Source: a virus
Length of the DNA stretch: 64,000 bases
Strand: one strand, 5' to 3'
Virus record (IMG/VR): IMGVR_UViG_3300034108_000145
Coordinates: 1-64,000 of that record
A program made the translations under genes and the position numbers. The notes under the pieces were generated by a model that saw nothing but the letters and a program-made list of their open reading frames with translations, did not search any database and was not told the DNA's origin. Below are positions 9,958-18,575 of this stretch, in pieces. Every line of letters begins with the position of its first letter. The stretch's first letter is position 1.

Positions 9958-12900
9958 TTACATTATTTCAAACTGATAACCTTGTTGACGAAGCATTTCT
10001 AATTCTTCTGGAGTAACATCTAAAACTTGACCACCTTGTTGCTTAGCAAAGTTTTTAGCAAAGTTAGCCTTTTTTCTCATAGCAGGACTATACTTTCCTT
10101 CTGGTGCATTAAGTATTGCAGATGCAGCTTCTTGTACTCCCATACCCATGCGAGTAGCTTGAGCTTTGAATGTTCCTCTCTTAGCTGGATCTATTTGGAT
10201 TCCTCCATAAGCCATGTTAGAAAGTATTTGATTTTGTACAAAATCTGGTAGAGCTCTAAATCCTGGATTGTTTGTTCCACCGTTTCTATACCAAGCATTT
10301 CCACTAAATGTAGAACCACCTCTTCTCATTTCTTGTTCTTCCATTTCCATCTCTTCACCTTGAGATTCAGGATTATACATCATATAGTCAGAAATAGCAT
10401 TAGCTGAATGATCCATAACTGCTAGCTTAGAAGCAATCCACGGATCTAAGTTTTGTTCTGGTGAAACAAACTGACGTAGCTTATTCATTTTATCAGCTAC
10501 AGAAGATATTTGTCCTAATGCCATACCGCCATTAGGTTCACCACCTTCTGCCATCATAGTCATTGGGTTATAGTACCCACCGTTTTTATATTTTTTACCT
10601 TTATACTTAATACCTTTTCTAGCTTTCCATGAATTTGTATTTGCGTCATACCCAGTACCCTGAGCAGTATCAATCATATTCTGATTAACTAAATTACTTA
10701 ATTCAGGATCAGTAGAAGACATAGGTACAATTGATCCGTCTGGCATCATAATGTTAACCTGTTCGTTAACTGGTTCTGGAACTCTCATCATACCAAGACC
10801 TGAACCTGTTACATCACCAACACCTTTCCAAAATCTTTGACCTTGTTGTAAAGGTTGTATAAAACTAGCAGTTTTGCCAACCCATGATGGAGCATTTTGT
10901 AAACCTCTAGCAGTGAGTACACCCATACCTCTTGTCAAAGGATTAATACTTTGATCAATAAATCTTTGAGGTGCGGCTCCACCAACCCAATCTAAAGTTT
11001 TACCTGTACCTGTCCAAACTTTTTTAGCAACATTAGCAACTTTGCTAGCTTTGGTAGCTTTGCCAGCTGTAGCAGCAGCTTTTACTGCTTTACCGGCTTT
11101 ACCAAGTTTACCAAATACTGGTATAGCACCTGCCATTTCTAAACCGGTCTCCCACCAAGCAGCATTAGGATCGTTATAACTTCTACGAACATCATCCCAT
11201 GAGCTAATACCTGTAGGATCAACCCACTCTAAGATGTTTTCTCCTAGTGAATCTGGCTCACCACCTTCTTGAAACTTAGGCATACGTTTCATAAACTTCA
11301 ATGTATTTCTAAGCCAAGGAGTTTCTGTTGCAGCAGCACTAGCTTCTCTTAAAGCTCCCATAAAAGCATTCTCACTTTTTGCAGCAGCTCCTGGTAATGT
11401 AGGAAACTTAGGTACAGGTTTACCCCAACGAATAGCTGCAGCTTTTTGTGCATTAAAACTACGCAAAGCTTTAGCTTCTCCTTTAGCTTTTTCAAGTGCA
11501 TTCATATAAGCTTCTTCTCCCTCTACTGCAGCTAATGCAGCACTTGTTCTATCAGATATATTCTGTACTAATTTACTCTGACGAGCAGCCGCACTCTTCT
11601 TTGCATTAAAACTACGTAGAGCTTTACTTTCTGCTGCAGCTTCATCAATTGCATTTGCAGCTTCAGCTCTATTTAGAATACTAGATTCTGCATTAGCTTC
11701 TTGTAACATCTTCCAAGCTGATAAATCATTAGCAGCTGTACCAGATTTTAAAGTGTGAACAACCCCAGGAATTTCAGCAGCATCTAAAGTCTTAAGAATA
11801 TTTCTTTGTCTTAATGGTAATCCTTTAAACCAATCAGCAACATCCTTAATACCTTTAGTAGCATTAGTTGCAGTTTGAGCTGTCAAGTTTTCAACAGCTT
11901 GTGTTATTTTAGCTTTAGCTGCATCACTTAACTTAAATGCACCAGAATTAATATATTTTAACATAGCTTGAGATTCAAGATAAGTTAATCCACCTGCAGC
12001 TGCAGTAGCACCAACAATACCAAGAACTTTAGCTACATAACCATTTTCAGTTTCATTAGATTGCTTCTTAGGAAGAATAGGAGTTTTTCTACTAGTTGTT
12101 GTATCTTTAGGGGTAGATGTACTATCTGCAGGAACTTGTACAGGGTTACCTTGTTGATCAATAACTGTTACAGTTTTAGAACTTTTACCCGCTGTAGATG
12201 GTGTATAGGATTGAAGAAGATCAGGAGATTGTTGCAACATACTTATCATCTGAAGATTCTGAGCAGCTGTTCCACGATAGTTCTTAATACCTAATTGACT
12301 AGCTAATGCTTTTCTACTAGTATAATCTGCAGCTTTATTTTGTGCAGATAAAAAGTCATATACACTTGATCCTTGATACGGATTGAGAGCAACCTGTGCA
12401 GCTTGAGCAGGTACTGCTGCAGGAGGAACCCCTACAACAGGTTGTGCTATAGGAATACTATCAGCCATCATAGCTGGAGAATTCATATAGTTATTATACT
12501 GACCCATTTGTTCCCATTCTTGCATAGCAGCAGCAAAGCTGTTATAATCAGGAAAATCTTCTTGACGTGGTACTTCCATACCACCTTGAGCATAATACAT
12601 ATATTGATCATTCATATATCCACCCCCTTGACCATACTCAGCAGGGTCTGTTTTAAAAGTAGGTTCTTGAATAGTTACAGCTCCTGTAGCACTATCCATA
12701 GTATACTTAGGAGTAAATCTGCTTAAGTCTTCAAGCTGCTTTTTATTAAGAAAAGACCTAAGATTATTATCAAAGAAAGATTTAAGTTTATTTTGGTTGT
12801 CCATAATAAAGTTTTGCCTTAAAGCACTTTCTAAACCATTAGCCATGTTAGATTTATTTTGCTGCATGTTAGCTTGGTACTGATTCATCATATTGACGTT

Positions 12901-13074
12901 CTGTGAAGCTTCAGCAGCTTTAGCAGCATATGGATCATAGGTATCACCTTTTTGCATACCAAACTGAGCTTGGTTTAGTTGACCACCGTTTTGTTTATTT
13001 CTTTTAGAAGATCTAAATCTTACTATTCTGTTTTTCCCTGTAGCAAAGTTAGGGATAAAGTCGTAGGTAAACAT
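9958..13074 (-). CDS. Modular (polyvalent) cargo protein, 1038 aa
   Basis: About 10 xxGG motifs separate modules: DUF3597-like cell-wall-binding segment, hydrophobic helix, pre-toxin-TG-like segment and several small basic/helical modules. Confidence 0.6.
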   Translation of the reverse strand: MFTYDFIPNFATGKNRIVRFRSSKRNKQNGGQLNQAQFGMQKGDTYDPYAAKAAEASQNVNMMNQYQANMQQNKSNMANGLESALRQNFIMDNQNKLKSFFDNNLRSFLNKKQLEDLSRFTPKYTMDSATGAVTIQEPTFKTDPAEYGQGGGYMNDQYMYYAQGGMEVPRQEDFPDYNSFAAAMQEWEQMGQYNNYMNSPAMMADSIPIAQPVVGVPPAAVPAQAAQVALNPYQGSSVYDFLSAQNKAADYTSRKALASQLGIKNYRGTAAQNLQMISMLQQSPDLLQSYTPSTAGKSSKTVTVIDQQGNPVQVPADSTSTPKDTTTSRKTPILPKKQSNETENGYVAKVLGIVGATAAAGGLTYLESQAMLKYINSGAFKLSDAAKAKITQAVENLTAQTATNATKGIKDVADWFKGLPLRQRNILKTLDAAEIPGVVHTLKSGTAANDLSAWKMLQEANAESSILNRAEAANAIDEAAAESKALRSFNAKKSAAARQSKLVQNISDRTSAALAAVEGEEAYMNALEKAKGEAKALRSFNAQKAAAIRWGKPVPKFPTLPGAAAKSENAFMGALREASAAATETPWLRNTLKFMKRMPKFQEGGEPDSLGENILEWVDPTGISSWDDVRRSYNDPNAAWWETGLEMAGAIPVFGKLGKAGKAVKAAATAGKATKASKVANVAKKVWTGTGKTLDWVGGAAPQRFIDQSINPLTRGMGVLTARGLQNAPSWVGKTASFIQPLQQGQRFWKGVGDVTGSGLGMMRVPEPVNEQVNIMMPDGSIVPMSSTDPELSNLVNQNMIDTAQGTGYDANTNSWKARKGIKYKGKKYKNGGYYNPMTMMAEGGEPNGGMALGQISSVADKMNKLRQFVSPEQNLDPWIASKLAVMDHSANAISDYMMYNPESQGEEMEMEEQEMRRGGSTFSGNAWYRNGGTNNPGFRALPDFVQNQILSNMAYGGIQIDPAKRGTFKAQATRMGMGVQEAASAILNAPEGKYSPAMRKKANFAKNFAKQQGGQVLDVTPEELEMLRQQGYQFEIM

Positions 13075-13076
13075 AC

Positions 13077-16000
13077 TTATTTATTTTTAGATTTTATTTT
13101 ACGTTCTTGTTCTAGCATCTGTTTAGTAGGCTTTTTGCCTGACCCTTTGTTAGCTCTAATGTTATCCCATAATCCACGTTTAGAATATGAGCCATCTGCT
13201 CTACGAATCATCTCCCCACCTTGAGCCATCTTAATCATATCCCATAAACTAAGTTCTCCACCATCTTCTTTCTTAGGTTTAAAATTTGGGTTGTTTGGAT
13301 TAAAAGGTAAAAAGTCATTAGTATTCCATATACGTCCATACCAAGTATCATCATAGTTACTGTTAGGAACTCCTGGAGCTGGATTGTTTATGTTTCTATA
13401 ATACCAATCTCTTCCTTTGTTCATTAACACTCTTCTTTGATTTTCAGAAAGCTTTCCTATTGTAGAATTATACTCTTGATCAAAAGAATAAGCAGGGTTT
13501 TTTCTACCTGACCAGTTTCCTTGTGCATCTAACTTTGAAGGATCATATTGTCTATAGTATTCCTGTAAAGCATAAGCTCTAGGATCTTTTGTTATTTTTT
13601 TACTAGCTTTATCCCAACCAGCGTTGAATATAAAATCCATAGCTTCACCAGCTTCCATAGCACTAGCGTTAGGAAATAATTTCTTTACCTGTGGGTAAAT
13701 ATCATTCATTAACATGTTCATATAGCTAGGATCACTATAGTATGGTAGAGGAGTACCACCAGGGCCACCTCTTAACTGTTCATATTTTAATATCTTACCA
13801 GCTTGATGTCTTACGCTGTCTGCACTACTCATACCACCTCTTTGCATTTTTATAGTACCACCATCTTCCCAAGTCTTTTTAGCAAATGCTCTAAAGTATG
13901 GATTACCATCTAAATTCTTTTTATGACGAGCATAGAATGCTGCTTTACGTTCTGGATCTTTAGGATGTTGACCTAGTTTAGAATCACCAAAATATTTAAC
14001 AGTTCCATCAGGTCCTGTCACTTTATGTGTTTTACCTTTACGATCATTACTTCTAGTTACAATGTATCCACCGTTTTTCATTTTAGCAATACCACCACAC
14101 TTATGACAAGTTAATGGATCAGATCCACCATCTACAGCTTCCCAAGACCAACCACAATTAGAACAACTAACAGTCTTACTAAGAAGTCCTTCCCCAAATT
14201 CCCCACCTTCTTTATAGCCTAGAGTCTTCATATATGCTTTTAACGCAGCATCTTGTTTTAAAAGACCCATATCTTGATTTACCATAGAAGAATACCTAGG
14301 ATCACCAGGGTTGTAATTCTGAATACCTTTCTTCTTAATTCTTTGAGCAGCAAGAGAAAAACTATCTAAGTTACCAAGATCAGGTGTAGATTCTAGTTTT
14401 TTATAATACCCATCTATAATATTAGGATTACTTTTTAAATAATTTTCTATAGCTTGTCCATCTTCTACTTCATAATTCCAACCACTGTTATCTTTAAGTA
14501 CTTTAATACCTGGTACTTTTTTATCAGCTAAGTATCTATTTACTTCATAGGGTTGATAATCTTCTGCTACATTCCAACCTGAAATTAAGTCTTGCTTATT
14601 ACCAGCTTCTCTGTGGTTAACATACTCCTTGTCAGAACCAAAAGTAGATTCTCTACCTACAAGAGATAACATAACCCATGGATCTACATTATTAGCTTTA
14701 GCTGCGTTAACTATATCATTAATCATTGCTGGTGCTACCTTAGCTCCTCTAAAACGACCAGAAGATAAGTTTATAGAATTAGATGAATTGTCGTATTTTT
14801 TTGTATCATTAGCTCTTAGCTTATCATAAAACTTTTCATTTTTATCATAGAAAGCACTATTCATTTGATTATATGACGTATAAAAAAGATCTTTAGCTGA
14901 TTTACGCATAGCATCCGTTATTCCTGAACTCTTTGGTTTAGAAAAAAAGTTAGCAACTTTAGAAGCTAGTGACATTATCATTGGAGAAGGGCCAAGTAAT
15001 GTTCCTCCACCAAACTGCATCATAGGATACTCGTCTACATAAGATGCACCGCCAAAGTTATACTCTTGTCCTGGATACATCATCTGCTTTTGACCATTAG
15101 ATCCTACACCATATACAGGATAAGGAACACCTTGCATAGTTATATTAGAACTAGGTATACGAGTTACTTGACCAGGGTGAGCCCACTGACCGCGAGGATC
15201 TACAATAGGACCACCGTCTTGTTTATATACATTAAACAACCAGTTTCTCATACCATTCCATCCACCCATCTTAGGAGCCATCTCAGACTGCATGCGTTGT
15301 AAATCATAAAATCTAGGATCTACACCAAACTGTTGTTGAGCAAGTTTAGACCCCATAGGAGTACTCATTCTCTGTTTTAACTTACTAGCAATAATATACT
15401 TTTGCTCAGGACTATATCCAGATGTATCATCTGCTACAAACACATTAGGGTTCTGTTGAAAGAATTGTTTATATCCTGCAACAGCTGCTTTCTTATCAGC
15501 TTTATCTAAACGATTCTGCATCCAATCATAATCAAAAGTTATCTGACCTGCGTCTTGTGCAGCATATTGTTTAGCAAGTTCTTTATCCATAGCAGCTACT
15601 TGCTTAGCCCATGAGTTCATATCTTTAGTAGCAGCTTTATTAGCAGCATTTGCTTGTCTACCTCTAGCTACATCAGCCGCACATTTACCTGTTACAGGAT
15701 CTTTTTCTTGATCAGGACAATCATAAAATCCACCTACATCATATCTTTTAACACTGCCTCCACATTCATAACATGGTTGACCACCCATCATATATTGAGG
15801 AGCATCATATTCACCACCAAACTCTCTTCTAGTAGCTTGTCTTGAATATTGTCCTTGGTGACCTCTACTTTTATTTATCCAAGTTTCAGGGGATATCTTT
15901 TGTACTGACATGGGTTCTAATACTTTTTGACCAGGTTTACCAATATGTATATAATGAGCATAAGGGTTAACTTCTGGAATGGCGTTTGCTAAATCAGGGT

Positions 16001-18575
16001 ATCTTTCAAGCCATGGAATAACTGACGCTTCTTTCCAAGCTTTTGAGTTTATCTTATTAATATCTCCTAGCTTCTTATCATAATAAGCGTCCATAAAAAC
16101 ATCTTTTATAAAAGAAGGACTTGTTAACCTTTTTATAATTCTTTGATACCTTGGGGTATTATTTAAATCAAATCTGCCTTCAAATCTATTTAGTCTATCC
16201 TTAGTAGTAAATGCATCATCTTCATAACGTGCACGAGCTATTTCTTGTTCTTCATCAGCAATTTGTCTTAACTGGTTTCTTCTATCATTAATCTGCTGCA
16301 TTTCAGGAACAATACTTTCCCAAGTATGTCTTTCATCAGATAAAATTTCTGGAAACTCTTTTACTAATCTTTCATAACCTAACTTTTCTCTGTAGTTATT
16401 TATTACGTCTTGATCAAGTTTTTCATATTCAGTTTTCCAACTTATAGGTTTAGAAGAAAATGTTCTTAATTTATAATTATCTCCAGTTTGTATATCAGGA
16501 ACATTATTATTAATCCACGCTCTTCTATTACTAGAACTAAAATCTGTAGGTTTTTTTGCTTTAACTATATATCCTTTTCCATAGGTATATCCTTCAGCAG
16601 TACCTAAAGAGTTAGACGTATATAAAGCATCTAATCCTTTTTTAGCAAGTTGATCCATGTCAACACCAAATCTACCAGCTCCTGTCTCACCTGGGATATG
16701 TGTAGCCATATACTTTGCTACTTCCTCAGAATCATTAGGATCTATATTAGCACTTCTTAATTCTGCAATAAGATTATCAAATTTAGATAACGGATCTTCT
16801 TGTGGGTTTTTATTAAACTGTTTAAATGAATTACTTTTATTTATCAATCTTTGTTTAAGAGCTTCTAAGTCTACGTTAACACCTCTATAAAATGAGTTAT
16901 CTCTATTTACTAACCCACGAATAGTTCTATCTGTTAAAAGATCTGATTGAGATATTCTTTCTAAGTTCTCAGGTATCTGATATCCTAATGGTCCATATAC
17001 TTTCTTAGCATACATTAAGTCATCTAAATTAGTTTTTCTAGATGATGAGTTAAGTAAGTTGTTAACTTTTTTATATCCTTGTAACCAATCTTGTTTATAA
17101 AGATTTACATTATTAATTCCAATTTCTGAACCAGGATAAGTCAAAGCTTGAGCTCCTACTTGTTTTCCTGCTGGTCCATAACCAAATGATGAGTTATCAG
17201 CGTAGTTAGGAACTTCAACCATGTTTGGACCTTCAAAACCTCTACTAAACTGCTTTCCATATTTTGGATAAGTTCTACCATCATAAGGAACTCCTTGTGA
17301 ATAAAACGTTTGAGAATGTGTACGTCCAAGATCACTTCCTTGAACGCTTGGTCTCACTTTACCTGAGGTAATTAAATCTTGTACACCAGCATCATCTCCT
17401 ATCATTCTATAGGCAGATGTTTCTTCTGGTGTAAAAGCAAAAGGATTAATCTTATAAGTATTTCTTAAAGGAGTACGTTCAGTTAAAAACTTACCTGCAG
17501 TTTCTAAACCTTCTCCTAATCTAGTAGCTTTAGCTATATTTTTACCACCGCTAAGTAGTTCTGATCCTGTTATATAGTTTAACGGATTCATTAAACTTGT
17601 AAACACCTTGTCTTCATCTGAAGCACCAAGATACCTACTATTAAAATTACGAGATTGACTACCAGCTGGATTCATTAAGTTGTCTCCTGCTTTTAAAGCT
17701 GGTCTAAAACCATAACGATACGCAAGATCATCAACTGTTTCAAATGGTTGAGTTATACCAATTTCTTTAGCCTCATCAGGTAACATACCAGGTATAGGCA
17801 TATTACCTCTGTCTATACCTTCTTGTATAGTAGGCATAAAACCTCTAGTATTTGAAGGTGACATAGCTTGATTAAGAGCAGCAATATGATTAAGACCTTT
17901 CCAACCCCATTGACCTAATTTATATAAGTTGTTTGGATCAAAAGGTTCTGTAACATTAGCTTGTCTAGCAAGAGATACAGCGTTTTTACCAGCAAGATTA
18001 TTAAATCTATTGATGTAGTTAACTCTACTCTCATTTTCTTTTTGAGGTATAGCATCAACTAAATTCTGGTAAGTTCTTGTATTTAATAAGTTACCATAGT
18101 TTTGATCATAAATCTTTCTATCAGCTTCTTTATTATTGAAGCCCATACGTTCTGCCCATTTTGGAACAGTAGATTGTTGACCTTTTACATAATCCTCATA
18201 TGAACCTAATTGTTGTTGAGCTTTCTTTCTAGCAGATGCTACATTTGGATTTAGTTTAGAACTAACAGTAACTTCTGGTAGATCAACTACCCCACTTACA
18301 AATTCTGCATTGTTATATGCAGAGTTAGGTAAGTTACCCGGAAGAGGGTTCCATTGTCCACTAGCTTTATCATAAGATACCCACTGACCTATCCCTTTGT
18401 TATATGCTTTTTCATATTCATCAGAATAAGTATTCATTCTTTTACCATCAACCAAAACAGTTTCCCCACGTTTTTTAGACGTAGTTTGCTTACCCTTCTG
18501 TGCTTTAGGCAAACCAGGAAGGATCTTGTGATCTATGTCACCAGCATTCATCATATGAATTAGTAACTTATTCAT
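13077..18575 (-). CDS. Modular (polyvalent) cargo protein, 1832 aa, with ART-like, SLT-like and GH108-like domains
   Basis: YRMIG and FYRGV...LYTSNSLGTAEGY ART-like motifs; VDPWVMLSLVGRESTFG...YNPG SLT motifs; CxxC...CxxC ribbon; GH108-like MDFIFNAG...RDWYY...WYGRI; about 12 xxGG linkers. Confidence 0.65.
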   Translation of the reverse strand: MNKLLIHMMNAGDIDHKILPGLPKAQKGKQTTSKKRGETVLVDGKRMNTYSDEYEKAYNKGIGQWVSYDKASGQWNPLPGNLPNSAYNNAEFVSGVVDLPEVTVSSKLNPNVASARKKAQQQLGSYEDYVKGQQSTVPKWAERMGFNNKEADRKIYDQNYGNLLNTRTYQNLVDAIPQKENESRVNYINRFNNLAGKNAVSLARQANVTEPFDPNNLYKLGQWGWKGLNHIAALNQAMSPSNTRGFMPTIQEGIDRGNMPIPGMLPDEAKEIGITQPFETVDDLAYRYGFRPALKAGDNLMNPAGSQSRNFNSRYLGASDEDKVFTSLMNPLNYITGSELLSGGKNIAKATRLGEGLETAGKFLTERTPLRNTYKINPFAFTPEETSAYRMIGDDAGVQDLITSGKVRPSVQGSDLGRTHSQTFYSQGVPYDGRTYPKYGKQFSRGFEGPNMVEVPNYADNSSFGYGPAGKQVGAQALTYPGSEIGINNVNLYKQDWLQGYKKVNNLLNSSSRKTNLDDLMYAKKVYGPLGYQIPENLERISQSDLLTDRTIRGLVNRDNSFYRGVNVDLEALKQRLINKSNSFKQFNKNPQEDPLSKFDNLIAELRSANIDPNDSEEVAKYMATHIPGETGAGRFGVDMDQLAKKGLDALYTSNSLGTAEGYTYGKGYIVKAKKPTDFSSSNRRAWINNNVPDIQTGDNYKLRTFSSKPISWKTEYEKLDQDVINNYREKLGYERLVKEFPEILSDERHTWESIVPEMQQINDRRNQLRQIADEEQEIARARYEDDAFTTKDRLNRFEGRFDLNNTPRYQRIIKRLTSPSFIKDVFMDAYYDKKLGDINKINSKAWKEASVIPWLERYPDLANAIPEVNPYAHYIHIGKPGQKVLEPMSVQKISPETWINKSRGHQGQYSRQATRREFGGEYDAPQYMMGGQPCYECGGSVKRYDVGGFYDCPDQEKDPVTGKCAADVARGRQANAANKAATKDMNSWAKQVAAMDKELAKQYAAQDAGQITFDYDWMQNRLDKADKKAAVAGYKQFFQQNPNVFVADDTSGYSPEQKYIIASKLKQRMSTPMGSKLAQQQFGVDPRFYDLQRMQSEMAPKMGGWNGMRNWLFNVYKQDGGPIVDPRGQWAHPGQVTRIPSSNITMQGVPYPVYGVGSNGQKQMMYPGQEYNFGGASYVDEYPMMQFGGGTLLGPSPMIMSLASKVANFFSKPKSSGITDAMRKSAKDLFYTSYNQMNSAFYDKNEKFYDKLRANDTKKYDNSSNSINLSSGRFRGAKVAPAMINDIVNAAKANNVDPWVMLSLVGRESTFGSDKEYVNHREAGNKQDLISGWNVAEDYQPYEVNRYLADKKVPGIKVLKDNSGWNYEVEDGQAIENYLKSNPNIIDGYYKKLESTPDLGNLDSFSLAAQRIKKKGIQNYNPGDPRYSSMVNQDMGLLKQDAALKAYMKTLGYKEGGEFGEGLLSKTVSCSNCGWSWEAVDGGSDPLTCHKCGGIAKMKNGGYIVTRSNDRKGKTHKVTGPDGTVKYFGDSKLGQHPKDPERKAAFYARHKKNLDGNPYFRAFAKKTWEDGGTIKMQRGGMSSADSVRHQAGKILKYEQLRGGPGGTPLPYYSDPSYMNMLMNDIYPQVKKLFPNASAMEAGEAMDFIFNAGWDKASKKITKDPRAYALQEYYRQYDPSKLDAQGNWSGRKNPAYSFDQEYNSTIGKLSENQRRVLMNKGRDWYYRNINNPAPGVPNSNYDDTWYGRIWNTNDFLPFNPNNPNFKPKKEDGGELSLWDMIKMAQGGEMIRRADGSYSKRGLWDNIRANKGSGKKPTKQMLEQERKIKSKNK

